DNA of 64,000 bases, taken from NCBI GenBank assembly GCA_028534125.1, contig CM052817.1, forward strand, positions 36,954,001-37,018,000. Direction: 5' to 3'. This DNA is from Lama glama (taxonomy: Eukaryota). The notes under the pieces were generated by a model. The model made no database searches. It saw only the letters and a program-made list of their open reading frames with translations, and was not told the origin of the DNA. Position numbers and translations under genes: made by a program. This document shows positions 1-13,419 of this stretch, piece by piece. Numbering within the stretch: the first letter of the stretch is position 1; every line of letters starts with the position of its first letter.

Positions 1-69
1 AGTCACAAATTCTTCATAAAGGCCCCTGCCCTAACTAAAATTCTGTCCCTGCCTGTGTTTAACTAACCC

Positions 70-660
70 ATTCTTTATTTCATCAAACCTATATAGAATG
101 GTTACTATGAGCCAACCCTGCTCTAGGCTCTTGGATACACTAGTAGGCAAAACAGACACAAATCCCTGCCCTTAAGAAGTTTACATTCCAGCAGAGGCAG
201 GCAGAAGATAAAACATGTTGCATTATAAATGAGTAAATAATTTAGTTGTAAAAGATCATTAATATTGTGTGAAAAAGGGACAGATGTTGAGCAGGGGAGA
301 AGGAGAGAAGGATCAAGAGAGCCGAGGGGTGAAGGCTAAGATGCAGTTTGCAATATTCAATAGCGTGGTCAGAAGACGGCTCGAGGAGGAGAAACTGCAG
401 CAAGGACTGGAGGTTGTAAGAGAATGAGCCAAGTGGATAAACTAGAAAAGAGCATCCCAGGCATAAGAAAGAGCAAGTACAAAGGCCCCCTGCCAGAGTG
501 TGTCTGAAGGGTTTGAGGAGCAGCAAGAAGGCCAGCGTCTGGAGCACAGCGATTCGGAGGAGAGGAGCAGTGGGCGATGAGGTCAGCGAGACCCAGACAG
601 TCAAAGCCTCTGGACCTTGTAGACCAACGCCAGGACTTTGGATGTGAAATGGGGAGCAAA
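70..660 (-). mobile_element. L2 LINE fragment(s), ancient
   Basis: L2-type motifs in antisense, e.g. ACAGACACAAATCCCTGCCCTTAAGAAGTTTACATTCCAG and GAGCATCCCAGGC...AGCAAGTACAAAGGCCC...GAGGAGCAGCAAGAAGGCCAG. Boundaries approximate. Confidence 0.7.
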
Positions 661-876
661 TGGAAATTAAACTACATTTCCTCTTGAATGTAATTGACCT
701 CGACAGAATATTTCTCCTCTTTCAAGAAAACATACAAAAACCTAAGAAATAACATAATGGCAGGACCAACGACCTACCCAACTCAGTCTTCTACATGTAA
801 AATGTTTCCAGCTTGCTGAGTGGAAGAGCCTTGTGCTATATGCTAATCAGTAACTTCCTCTTAAAATTCTATTGGT

Positions 877-1019
877 GGGGGCAGGGTATAGCTCAGTGGT
901 AGAGCACCTGCTCCGCATTCATGAGGTCCTGGGTTCAATCCCCGGTACCGCCATTAAAAAAATAAATAAACAAATAAAACTAACTACCCCCCCCCAAAAA
1001 AATTAAAATAAAAAAAAAA
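877..1019 (+). mobile_element. tRNA-derived SINE (camelid Vic-1-like)
   Basis: A-box TAGCTCAGTGG, B-box GGTTCAATCCC, A-rich tail; CTATTGG repeated on both flanks (869-875 and 1022-1028). Confidence 0.85.
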
Positions 1020-2131
1020 CACTATTGGCAACTAAACAAAAATGCATATAAGCCCACTTTAAAATATATTCTTTTAGTTTGCATAAGTTTGTGAGAAGAT
1101 TTCTGTACATTGAAGACAGGAGTTCCAACCCTTCCAGCTTACCAACTGGGTCCCTTATTTATAGAGCAGCCACTGCCACCAAGCTGGCCCTGTGACCCCA
1201 TGAACCTAAGACTTCTGTAAAATTAAAAAGCAAACAAAATTTAAAAGTTTCTTCAAACAACTATTTGAGGATTTGGGCATCTTAGACATTAGGAATCTGG
1301 TTTAAACCACAAAGTTCTCTTTTCGGGCCCAAATTAATATTTAGGTGAAGTGATTTCTTTTCTCATTTTTGTGCTAAGTGCTATTTACCTATTACTCAGT
1401 TAAGAAGGACTAGGTGGGACAAAATTAATAAACGTTCAAAGGGAAATATTTATGTTAAGATGAAGAACAGCTTATTCACCTAAATTTGTCTTGTACGAGC
1501 ACTGAATTTATTTAGGGAAAAGTGCCAGTAAAGGTGAAGCATTCCCCAAGCGAATGATTGAATAACAAAAGATAGTTGATGAAATAACCAGAGAATTAAG
1601 GGAGAAGGAATGTGAGGTGGGGGCAAAGCTAACCTTCAGGAAGAAAAAGGAGCCAAGGAGGCCAGGGACAAGCACAGAGAGAGAGGAAACATTCTGGAAC
1701 AGGACAGTCACAAGAAGAGCAAACATGTCAGCTGTGGATTTTTTATGCAGATTTCTGCACTCTGTGTCTTGTGACCTTCTATGACCCCACAAACAGACAG
1801 CTAACACAGAGGTTTTAAGCTTCCCTAAATTATTTAAACTTACCAAAAAAAAAAAGCAGGCCTCAAGCCATACAGCCATGAAACCTGGAGACACATAACT
1901 CTCTCTTAATAAATAGTAATAATTCTCTTCCTTAGGGATTTTTAGTGCTTAAATGGTTTATGGTGATGTATGGTCATTATCTCCTCCCAGTGAAGGAGGA
2001 AATGGGCACCTATTATTAACCTAGGTTACATATGATGACATCACCAAGGCAACAAGAAAGCAAATGACTTAGAAAGGAAATGGGAAAATGCTTGTTAGCA
2101 TAAATAAATTCATTTAGCATTTATTATAGGG

Positions 2132-2371
2132 CAGTGTTTCTCAATCTCAGGACCACTAACATTTTGGACAGGAAAATTCTTTGTTAGGATCTGGGGGTGG
2201 GGGGTGGGCAGAGGGGGCTCCTATCCTGGGTATTATAGAATCTTTAGCAGCATCCCTGGCTAGTGCTAAGCAGCACTCAGATGCCAGTAGCATATTCCTA
2301 GTCATGACAATCAAAAACGTCTCCAGACTTCACTAAGTGCAACATCCCCCACCACCAGTTGAGACTGGCTG
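2132..2371 (-). mobile_element. MER20-like hAT DNA transposon
   Basis: CAGTGTTTCTCAA...TTGAGACTGGCTG terminal repeats; internal GCAGCATCCCTGGC, GATGCCAGTAGCA and ACAATCAAAAACGTCTCCAGAC. Confidence 0.8.
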
Positions 2372-3199
2372 TCATGGTGGGATCCTATGTGCCATATGTA
2401 ACTCTTAGCTCATGCTCACCCTCAAAAAAAAGATCTAAAACAAAGAGGAGGCTGATACATCAGTTCTTTTGAAAACTACAAATGAGATAGCAATTAAAAA
2501 GTCAGCAGAAAGAAAAAATAAATTTCAGAATTCTAGGTAGATGGGATCCAACCTTAACACCTTTGCAGTGACTATGTGGGTATTTTGCATAGAAAAGAAA
2601 CTATTTTATATAAATTAGTGTCTCTTGATGTGATCAAGAACTATACCCTATATGGAAAATTTTTATTCATTGCAGAAGGAACTTGAAAGTTTGAATCTTG
2701 TATTTCCTTGGTCAAAAGGTGAGTTTATCCCTTCCCCTCTTCTTTTTAGTGAAATAAAGACCTAGTTTGAAAACGCACCTACCCATTTGGCTCAATGGTT
2801 AAGTCTTGTCTGGCTGTGGTGTAAAAATAGACATTCCTCTGTCTGAACATGAAAATAGTACTTCCCCAACAAAAGCCAAACATCTTAGAGCTGCAAAAAG
2901 ATGTTTACTTTCACATAAAAGCCTTTTCCTCTGGTGTTTATTTCGGGCTTGTGTAGGTGTTCTAGTAGAGGTAAGCAGGTATATAAGACTCAGAAACAAG
3001 CCTGTAAGAGCACGTTTTCTGCCACAGGAGAGAAGGTTGTGATGGTCACAACTTTCTACATGTTAGATTGAGAATATATGCTGGTGTAATGATATTCTCC
3101 CCTTTCAAAAAGTTGTGGATGTGTGAAAATAATAATAATCACAACTAACTGTCCAATCTTCGTGGAACACTTTATATTCATTCATTCATGCAAGTTATT

Positions 3200-3354
3200 G
3201 AAGACTCACCCGTGCACTTTTCAGGCCACATTGTCTCTCACTCTGCCATTGTAGGACAAAACCTGCCATAGTCAAGACATTAAACAATGAACCTTGTTGT
3301 GTTTCAATAAAACTTGGGTTAGAAAAACAGGGGGTTATAGTTTGTCAATCCCTG
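3200..3354 (+). mobile_element. MER58-like hAT fragment
   Basis: CTCTGCCATTGTAG...TGTGTTTCAATAAAACTT...ATAGTTTGTCAATCCCTG end. Confidence 0.65.
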
Positions 3355-6290
3355 AAATAGGGTAAAAGGAATCAGGAGCTCAAGGAGGGGGTGGGCATCA
3401 ATTTTAAATAGGATGATCAACGTAAGTCTCAATTGAGAAAGTAACATTCAGTCAAAAACTAGAAGGAGGTGGACAAGGGAGGCTTCTGCTCATAGAGACG
3501 AGGAGCATTCCAGGCAGAGGGAGCAGCAGTGCCCAAGTCTGCGGCACAATGTGTCTCGTGTGTTTAGATGCTCGGGAAGGAGCTCTGTCTGGTTAAGACA
3601 GAATGAGTGAGTAACTCTACTTGTAACCACTCTCAACTGGTATCTCCAATTCTTTTTCCTCTTTCTTCCTTTGTTCCCCTCTCTGTTAACTGAAACATGT
3701 TTTATTACAATAAGGGCTCAGAAAGAGGTCTTTTCCTGACCTGAGAAAGGTAAGCCGCATTGATACATGTTTTGTCCCCATGAAGGCCTTGTTTCAACTC
3801 AATACTGAGAACAGAGGTGACAGATGAAGACAAGAACGCCGAGCCACAGGGGTTTCCTCTAGGAATATTTTACCAACATGTTCTAATCCTCAGCACAGCT
3901 GGCAGAATGAAGAGTTATAATCAAAACCAACTGTAAAATACTGCCCTTTTATCTACTGGGCCTGTTTATTCCTGTGTGTTTTTAAGAAGCAATGGATGAT
4001 AACACTTTACTGAACCAGAAGGCAGGGCTATTATTTCTAAAGTGTATATAAACCTATCTTCTAGGAACAAATCTAATTCTTGATCCTGATGTGCTGCAAA
4101 GGAAGAATAATGTGAACCTCCAGATGCCATCAGAGCAAAGTCAATCTGTGTTCTCAAGTCCATGGGCTCACCCAGCATGTGCCTGTACACCTGTGTCTGT
4201 GTGAGACCCCGTGGATGTGAGCGAGCTTTGGTGGAGGTGGTACACGTGTGAAATTGTTCTTTGTGTAATGTTTGATGGAGTCAGTCTGTGATGCAATGCA
4301 AGTATTGGAATAATAACTTTTAATTTAGTCCCCATCTTATTCCACAAAAATGTATTTATTATGAAAAGATAGCACAGACGAGAGATGGAGGGGAAAATAA
4401 AAGCCTGGGTGAGGCCGCTCAAACCTTGGTGTTCTCTCAAGCCTTGCCCCACACCTTCCCCACCTGTCCCTACACTGCAGCCTTCCCAAATTCATCTTCC
4501 AGTCGCCAGAATGCACGGTGCCATCCCTCCTGGTCAGCAAAGCCAATGCCCCACCCCTGCCCCTCCTACTCATCCTGGGGCCCAAAGGGCACTTCTTCAG
4601 GTTAAGTCCAGTCCTCCTATTATGCACCTCATCTGTGATGCTTCCTTTCCTTCACAGCACTTTTCAGTTTGCAGTTTACACATTCACCTGAGTGATTAAT
4701 GAATAACTGTCTCTTCCACTAAACTGGAGGCTTCATGAGGACAGAATCCTCTGCCTGTGTTCCCCATCACAGCCAGCAGTGCCTGGCATAGGATGGGCAC
4801 CTCATAAATATTTGTTGAATAAAAGAAGCCTCCCAGAAGTCAAAGGGAAGAGAGGAACAGAATGCGTTAAAACATTCACAGTTAATGAGAAAAAGCAAGC
4901 AAGTTTTCCAGGCAAAGCCCAACTTTTCCTGTGTTCTGAGTTTTTGAGCAAATTTTCTCCCATAGGTCCTCAAAAACAGAGCACTGTGTGAATTTGTAGA
5001 CAGTATCTTTACGTTGATATAATAATACATTTTAAACAGCTGCCTCTTAAAGCATCCCTTAATATAGGCCTATGACCGCATGCCAAATCCCAATTCAATA
5101 TAAATAATTCTTAAGGGGGCTAAAAAAAGCTGATCCACGAATACAGTTTTCTCAGGTTTTTGGTTTAATGCAAAGGTAAAATAATACTAGTGAAACTGAG
5201 GAAGAGGGACTGCTCGTCCTTTAGGCCCTCCTCCCATAAATATTTCTTCCAGTCAGGATTAAGGCATGATTGGACAGCTTAGAGTTGAAGGTTATATTCT
5301 CTGTGAACAGACAAAGGGCAAACCCACGCTCATTCTTTGACAATCAGCTGGAAGGAGTATGATAATTCAGTTGACTGCTGTTCAGAATCAAGCATGCATT
5401 CAGCTGGAGAAAGATTCATCAGTTCCTTTCATTTGGGAAAGATGACCGTGGTTCATACTCCCCTCTTGTGGCCACTTTCAGGTTTACTGGCTTTCAAGGA
5501 TACTACAGGAGCGTAGTGAGGCAAATGGTAAGTCAGATTCCTTTAGTCAGTCAGGTAAGCTTAGAATCACTCATTCTTTAGTCATTCTAGAATGTCAGGC
5601 TGATTTTTTAAATTGGCAGGATGTTTAACAGCATCTTAAAACAAGGCTCAGTAGGCTTTACATTAAGCATTTAGTGTTTTAAAATGTTTTTAAAGTTCAA
5701 CATCTGAGCTAAAGCTGGTGGAGGGTTTGATGCAAATTACATGAGGTCTGACCATTCCTGAACATTACCTTCCTTAGCTATAGTTGCTTTACCTAACTTA
5801 GTACCCTTCAGGGAGCACATCAGTAGATGTAGAATTTGGGGAGGAGTGTGGGAAGGAATGATCTGGTGGATGAAGCAATCAGTGGAGTCACAAATGCTCC
5901 TATTACAAATGTTTACTGAGTACTTGCCACTGCAGGGAATCAAGGTTATATTAAAAACAATCCCCTCCCTTAAAATATCACCCAGTAGGGGAAAGGGGAC
6001 CCATGTACATATAACTATATTATATGATGAAAAGTGATAAATTTCAAAGAAAATTAATTAAACTAATATGCCAGTGCCCTATGACACAGGACAAGGCCGG
6101 TGTTGGGAAGTGTAGGGGGACAATAATGAGCTGCTGCTTCTGAAACAACACATTCCAGTGCAGGACAAATATGGACAGAGAGTTTACTCTGCACCAGGTG
6201 TTCTAAGCACCTTATCAAAAATAGTATGCTGTTCACTTCACACCCGTTAGGATGGCTACTATCAAAAAAGAAAATAATAGGGTGGGTAGG

Positions 6291-6451
6291 AGGGGGAGGG
6301 CATAGCTCAAATGGTAGAGTGTGTGCTTAGCATGCACTTGGTCCTGGGTTCAATCCCTGGTATGTCCACTAAAAATAAATAAACAAATAAATAGATAAAA
6401 TTACCTCTCCACCAAAAAAAAAAAAAAAGAAAGAAAAAGAAAAAAGGAAAG
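6291..6451 (+). mobile_element. Vic-1-like SINE (younger copy)
   Basis: A/B boxes and long A-rich tail; perfect 15-bp TSD AATAGGGTGGGTAGG at 6276-6290 and 6452-6466. Confidence 0.85.
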
Positions 6452-6455
6452 AATA

Positions 6456-6577
6456 GGGTGGGTAGGGTATAGTCAGTGGTAGAGTACATGCTTGGCATGT
6501 ACAACATTCTGGGATCAATCCCCAGTACTGCCATTTAAACAAATAAATAAGTAAACTTAATTACACCTCCCAAAAAG
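6456..6577 (+). mobile_element. Vic-1-like SINE (older copy)
   Basis: Degenerate A/B boxes (TATAGTCAGTGGTAGAG, GGGATCAATCCCCAG); candidate TSD AAAAAAGAAAAT at 6264-6275 and 6578-6589. Confidence 0.8.
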
Positions 6578-8309
6578 AAAAAAGAAAATGACAAATGTTT
6601 GTGAGGATGTGGGGAAACTGGAATCCTTTTACCCTATTGTTGGGAATGTAAAATGGCACAGCTGCTGTGGAAAACAGTATGGCCACTCCTCAAAAAATTT
6701 AAAATAGAATTACCATATCATCCAGCAACTCCCCTTCCGGGCATATTACCAAAAGAATTGAAAGCAGGGTCTCAAAGAGATATTTGTACACCCACGTTCA
6801 TAGCAGTATTATTTATAATAACAGAAGAAGAAAGGCAGGTGCGAGAGAGATTGGTCCTGCTGTTTTTGCTGAATCTCAACCAACTATTAGCATACAACCT
6901 AAGAAGTGCTAACAGAACAGGAAAAAATTTATAATTGTGAAAAATTTGACCACACTTTCTCAGAAAAGCAACTATAATGCTTTCAGAAAGTTTTTCTGCC
7001 TTGTTTCTTTATAAAAATTTTTAGAGAAATGAATGCAGTCATACACATTATATAGAGTTCAACGAGAAAACATAAATGACTTAATTTCTCCAACCACATG
7101 TTATAGTAGTCAGTTGATTATACCACAGTAAACTGTATATTTTTAAGCATGAGATGTGCTTTAGTCAGTTGGTGAGGCTCATTAGTCAAGGGGGCAAAAC
7201 TGATTTTTGGGAGAGGAAAAAATCCTGTTCTTTTTATATATAAAACACAGCTATAGATATAGTACATAGATGCATATACAGTGTATCTGTTGTATTACAG
7301 TTTCACGAGGTAGGAGGGCACCACGAAAAAAAATGTTCAAAGAATCCTTGAGAGAGTAATAATGAAAAGAAACTTTTGAGAAATACTAGACTAGTGAGAG
7401 CAGGCATTGCTCAGATCATTCATTTTGTCTCCATTGGAGTTGCCAGCCAGTTGTGCCAGTGTAGACTCTAGCCAGTCCTATTTTGGCTTTCTTCACATTT
7501 GCTAGAGATGGAGCCTCAGTCATAGCACCACCAACGCTCATGTGTACAACCAGACCATGTGAAATCTCTATAACAAACCGGGTGCTGTTGCACAACTGAA
7601 ATATTGACAAAAGTACAAATGCCCTTGCTCAAAACTGGGAAGAAAACACAACCACTGGAACAGATTTCCAGAATAGGACTGCTTCATTACACAAACAGTA
7701 CTTCTCAGTCTAAAACGTCTTGCTCTGGGAACTTAACGCTACAGCCAAGAAAACATCAGACAGATTTAGAGGAGGGCGGCTTTTGGCTAATAACAGCAAA
7801 ATGACCTCACCCGTGAAAAGGCCCGGGTATAAACCTCGGTCTTGGTGAACAAGACAATCCTGCAAGTTAAATGCACAGAAATACAAAGTCCAGCTGCACC
7901 TCACTTGGACAAGAGAGCCAAACACTGAGCGATGTGATAGATTGGGCACTGTGTCTGCCCCAAGGTGAGGTCAGAACGAGAACGGCTATGTAGCTCACCC
8001 TGCGAGTACAGAGACAACCCAGATTCCCAGACTCAATGAGGGTTCTGTCTGAGAAGAGACGACAACATAGGACTCCAGGGATTGATGTGAGCAGCTGCTG
8101 TGTTTGCAGAGCTTCACTGAAAGGATGTGTTTCATTCCTCTGCTTGAAATTCATTATCCCTCACAGGGTTTATTAGCAGTTTATGTGAAAAGAGGAGGCG
8201 TATTACAGAAGGCTCCATGACATTCTCCAGCAACATCTGGCTTCCTTACTGGTGGCTTCATCATCATCATCATTATCTTTATTATTACTCATTTATTTTA
8301 TTATTATTA

Positions 8310-8535
8310 TTTATTGAGCTCTAATCCAGTCATGCATTGGACAAAGCATTATGCAAACATCATTTCTTCCCCTCAAAATTACTCTATGAGGTAGGTATTA
8401 TTATTATCACTTTTATTTGACAGATGAGGACTAAAAGACACAGAGAGGTTAAGTAACTTGCTCAAGGTCACACAACTAGAAAGCTCAAAGCTGGGACTTG
8501 AATCCAGGTCTGTCTGACTCAGCAGTTCCCTACTA
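8310..8535 (-). mobile_element. MIR SINE (representative; others near 16.2, 16.6-17.1, 20.0-20.6, 21.5-21.8, 34.2-34.9, 37.0-37.3 and 63.2 kb)
   Basis: MIR core ACAGATGAGG...CAGAGAGGTTAAGTAACTTGCTCAAGGTCACACAACTAG...GGGACTTGAATCCAGGTCTGTCTGACTC. Confidence 0.9.
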
Positions 8536-10389
8536 TACTTCACCCAAGAAGAAGGATTACAAACACGTTCTCCATCCTCTGAAGGCTTGATTGGTGTAAT
8601 TCAGATTGAGAGATAGCAGAATTTGTTTCTGGTAATATTTAATCGCATCAGTGATTAGCAATATCCTATAAGGCCTTTTTGATGTCTTTTGATAATCTGG
8701 CATCTGACGAGGGGTAGGCACAAAAGACTGAAAGTACAAGAAAATGGCAGGCATTGAATTTCAACTTCTAATGTCCTTTGATTTAGAATTTACCAATATA
8801 GAATTTAATTCTGAAGCAAAGCACTGGATATATGTATCTATAGGTAACTTTGTGGACTCAGACATGTGTCTTGCACCTTAGTAATGGATTTGACAGTCCA
8901 TATTCATAATCAAACACCATCAGACTAAGTTATTCTAGAATCTTTCAATAGTGACTAAAACCTATAAGAAGACAAAAAAAAAAGAAAAGAAAAAAGACTT
9001 CTTGCTTTTGAGATGAAGAACTACAAGAACAAACACAAAAAAAAGAGACAGAACTCTTAATTACTACATGAAAATCTGCTCACACACAGGTGCAAAAATA
9101 CCATTATGAACTGGACCATATAAAAACAGCTGTAGATTTTGATTAAACTGAGAATAACCTTAACCAATTACAAAAGAAAAAAATACTTATTAAAATCTCC
9201 TATTTCCTTTCTCAGGCCACTGCAGCTTTAGTTCTTTGACTTGCAACTTTTCTCTTTAAACTCAGCCCTCCACATCAAAGTTATACCCAATCATTGTTTT
9301 CCTGAAGTCCTCACAGACTTCTCCTGCGTTCCCAGATTCCCAATTATCACATCTCTAATTTTGTAATCTCTCACCAGGCTCCTTTGGAGTTATCCACTGC
9401 CTGGGAAGCTACGTGAAGTCAGCCCTGCTCTGAGGCCCGTGACTGGGTCACCTCTCACCAGCCCTCACCCCCTCCTGTTGGCCAGACACTACTACCTCTA
9501 ATTGGCACCACGATTACTGCCTAACGTCACCAAACTCACCAGGCACTCTGGCTCTGCTGAGCACTGTCACTGCCAGCCAACACCACTATTACCATCACCC
9601 CAAGGGTCTACATGATGCACTGCTGACTGTGGCTGGAGCCACTGAGATGCAAAGTAGCTCTGTGTGCTCTGGAGTCATCCATACACCAAAGCTGGCGATG
9701 CCTTTCATTGCTCTGAGTCACAAGGATATGCAACCAGGGCTGCTTATGCCCTGGTTTTTTTTCAAGAAATTTGATTAAATGGCTTGTTCCATTTAAACTT
9801 TGAGTCCCCCTCTTTCCAGAGTGCACCTGAGTCCACTGAGGACAGGGTTAGGGTCAAATCTAAGGGAAATAAACTATTCCACCACTCCACTGGCTATATT
9901 ATAGAGCTAATCTTATCTGCCTGGCTTCCTGTTCCCTTAGAATGAGTCTTCCCAAGAAGTTCTTGGCTCCTCTGTGAGGACCTGCCCGACTTATCCTTCA
10001 GACATGTTCAAATTTATTCAGTAGTGTGTAAAACTAGGCTCAAACTGAACCCACCAAACAGAGATCAGAATTTAATCACAAATAGCAGTTACTCTTTTTG
10101 GAGTTTTACTGATGTCAACATTGAAGAATAAAAACTAAATTATCATTGTTTGTTACTATCTCATAGAATTTCTTTTACTTGATTGGACTTTTGCCTTTTT
10201 CCGTTATCTATCCACCTTAGGGATGCTATAGAACACAGCAGATGTGACATTGCAAGGATGAAAGGATGCTGCTTTACATAGTGTCTTATATGTTTTTTCT
10301 GAAATTTTTTTACATTATGAATTCTACCACTAATCATATTTTCTCCATTCCTTTGATCAACCAGAAATTTAGAGTCAAATTTGCAAATT

Positions 10390-13117
10390 TGTGATGGGTT
10401 GAACTGCGTCCCTCAAAAAGGTATGTTCAAGTCTCAACTTCTGGTAGCCTGTGAATTGGAACTTACTTGGAGATGGAGTCTTTGCAGATGTGATTAAGAT
10501 GAAGTTATACTGGATTAGGATGGGCCTTAGATCCAACGATTGGTGTTCTTATAAGAAAACAGGACACACAGAGATTCAGAGGAGACACGCAGGGGAAGAA
10601 GACCATGGGAGGACAGAGGTAGAGATTGGAATGATACAGCTACAAACCAAGGAATGCCAAAGATTGTAGGAAGCCACCAGAAGCTAGGAAGAGGTAAGGA
10701 GGAATTTTTCCCTAAAGCCTTCTTAAGGAGCCCATGCCTGCTGATTTCAGAGTTCTAGCCTCCGGAACTTTGAGATAATAAAGTCCCACTTTCTTAAGCC
10801 ACCCAATTTTTGGTAATTTGTTATGGCAACTATTGGATACTAATAGAAGTTTTGTTACTGAGAATGGGGTTCTACTATACCAGATTTCTAAAAATGTTGG
10901 CATGGTTTTGCAAATGAGTAATGAACAGTGATTACAAGAATTCTGAGGACATAATAGAAAAGGTCTAGACTGCTTTGAAGGGGTTGTTGGTAGAAATATG
11001 GACCTTAAAGGAGATTCTGGTAAGGGCTTAGAAAGAAGGAGAACTATAGAGAAATCTTCCATTATCTTAGAGAATACATATATCATGAAGAGAATGTTGG
11101 TAGAAATGTAAATGTTACAGGTAATTTTGGTGAGGTCTCAGTAGGAAATGGTGAACATGTTATTGGACACTAAAGAAATAAAGACTCTTGTTTAAAGTGG
11201 CAGGAACTTTGCTGAATTGTCTTCTGCTGTTGGGCAGAAACGAGATCTTGTAACTGATGAGCTTAGACACTGAGCTAAGATTTCCAAAAGAGTACAGACA
11301 GTGAGGCCTGGTTTCCCCTTGCTGCTTATGATGAGATGTGAGAAGAAAGACATAAATGGAGGAAGAAACTGTTAAGCAAAAAAGAACCAGGACTTGATGA
11401 TTTTGAAAATTCCCAGCCTCCAGATAGCAAAAGATGACAAAGCATGCTCTAGCAAGAACATTAAGTATATAGCTAGACAACATTTTGCTACAGAAACTAG
11501 GCATGTGAATGTGACCCATGGATCCAGTCAACTTTCTCAGCAGAAGCCAGGAATAAAGATGAATTTGTCCAGAAAATATCTGTAGAGGACCCTCTTGTCT
11601 GATGGTTTGAACAACCATAGATTTCACAGGAGACCAACAAAGTTCTTGAGAATGTTATAGCAGCAGAAATATTTCCACCCTGGGCTGAAAGACACAGAGG
11701 TAGGATGTAATGAAAGTTGTCAGACTTCCAAAATTCTACATGGCTACAAACAGGTGTTATCCTTGAAGAAAAAGGAAAAATGACTCCCACTATGAGCTGA
11801 ATTGTGCCATCCTCCAAATTCATATGTTAAAGTCCTGACCCCTAGTATCTCAGAATGTGACTATATTTGGAGATAGGGCCTTTTAAGTCATAAAGGCAAA
11901 ATGAGGTCATATGGGTGGGCCTTGATCCAATATGACTGCTGTGCTGTTAAGAAGAGATTAGGACACAGACATACACAGAGGGAAGACTGTGTGAATATAG
12001 TCATCTACAAGCCAAGGAGAGAGGCCTCAGAAGAAATCAACACTGCTGACACCTTGATTTTGGACTTTTAGCCTCCAGAACTGTGAGAAGATAGATTCCT
12101 ATTGCTTAAACCACCCAGTCTGTGGCATTTTATTGTAGATAGGGCTACCAAAGTAATATAACTCCAAAGGTGGGTCAGGGGCTGGTGGGACCTCCACAGG
12201 CCCAAAAGAAACCTCTGTTGGCCAGAAGGAAGAGCACTGGGCCATAGAGGATTATTCTCAGGACTTGAAATCTAATAGAATTAACCCTGGTGAGTTTTGA
12301 ATTTGCTTGGATCAAGTGACCTCTTTATTCCATTTTCTCTCTTTCAGAATGGAAATGTCTATCCTATGCCTGTCCTTACATTTATATTTTGGAAGAAGAT
12401 GACTTGTTTATTAGTTTCATAGGTGCACAGATGGATGGGAATTTTGCCCCAGGATCAATCATACCCAGAGTCTCACCTCTACCTGATTTAGATTATTCAG
12501 ATGATGAGATCTGGAACTTCTGAGTTAATGATTCAGTAGATTTGGGACTTAGAGTTGATGCTGGAATGGATTAACACATTTGGAATGGGTTAAGAATGTT
12601 GGGACAAGCTGAATGTATTTTGCATGTGAGAAAATCATGAATTTTGGGCAAGGGAGGTGGACAGTAAACTGCAGTGAGTTGAATTTTGTCCCTTCAATTC
12701 ATATGTTCAAGTCTCAATCCCCGGTACCTGTGAATGTGACTTATTTGAAAACAGTCTTTGCAGAATAAGGTGAGACCATACTGGATTAGAGCGGACCTAA
12801 ATTCAATAACTGGTGTCCTTACAAGAAGTGGAGAGGGCACAAAGACTCAGAGGAGGCACACGGGGGAAGAAGGACACTTGAAGATAGATGCAGTTTGATA
12901 TGATGCTGCTACGAATCAAAGAATGCCAAGAACTTCTAGGAGCCACCAGAAGCTAGGAAGAGGCAAGGAAGGATTCTTCCCTAAGCCTTCTTAAGGAGCA
13001 TGTGCCTACCTTAATTTCAGACTTTTATCCTCCAGAACTTTGAGAAAATAAAGTTCTGTTGTTTTAAGACACCCAGTGTATGGTAATTTGTTATGACAAC
13101 TCTAGGAAACTAACACA
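10390..13117 (+). mobile_element. MaLR MLT1(C-like) element: LTR (10390-10847), internal region, LTR (12670-13117)
   Basis: Two homologous ~450-bp LTRs sharing TATGTTCAAGTCTCAA, GCCACCAGAAGCTAGGAAGAGG and AAGCCTTCTTAAGGAGC; MLT-int-like sequence between them; purine tract before the second LTR. Confidence 0.85.
11788..12160 (+). mobile_element. MLT1A-like solo LTR nested in the MLT1 internal region
   Basis: CTGAATTGTG..CCTCCAAATTCATATGTTAAAGTCC...TTGGACTTTTAGCCTCCAGAACTGTGAGA; perfect 5-bp TSD ACTCC at 11783-11787 and 12161-12165. Confidence 0.85.
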
Positions 13118-13419
13118 TAACTCTTACATCTGTATAGAAGCACTTGATTGGCATTGCTCTAACCTAATCTAACCCCTTATATTTCTGTTGTCAGTTTTCT
13201 TAGTTATTTATTTGTATCTTCTATAGAGCTACCTCTTATTTTTACCCTACTTCCTCTCTCTTCTGCCCTCTCATCTTTTTATCCTCCACATTTTTAAAAA
13301 AATCTTTGCTTCTGCCCCTTTCATTTTCCTCTCTCCCTTTTTTCTAATACTTTTCTCCCACAGGCTGTTCTATCCGTCCCTTCGAGAGTAGAATCTATTT
13401 TCTGGTTCTTTTGCCTATG

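Larger units (their letters stand above)
6232..6822 (+). mobile_element. L1 fragment (end of ORF2), interrupted by two SINEs
   Basis: CACTTCACACCCGTTAGGATGGCTACTATCAAAAA ... GGGAATGTAAAATGGCACAGCTGCTGTGGAAAACAGTATGG ... ATAGAATTACCATATCATCCAGCAA. The ORF track gives LWKTVW...IELPYHPATPL, the degraded L1 ORF2 C-terminus. Confidence 0.9.

Noticed and set aside
877..950. tRNA genes (also at 6291, 6456, 39440 and 52970)
   Set aside because: The tRNA-like heads are followed by A-rich tails and flanked by TSDs, so these are SINEs.
5520..5560. Donor-like sites (ATG|GTAAGT, CAG|GTAAGC) as an upstream exon
   Set aside because: No supporting promoter, acceptor or coding signature, and such motifs occur by chance.
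6653..6934. 93-aa ORF
   Set aside because: Degraded L1 ORF2 C-terminus, not a gene.
10712..11823. Minus-strand ORFs of 108-155 aa
   Set aside because: Chance frames antisense to MLT1 internal sequence, with no recognisable domain.
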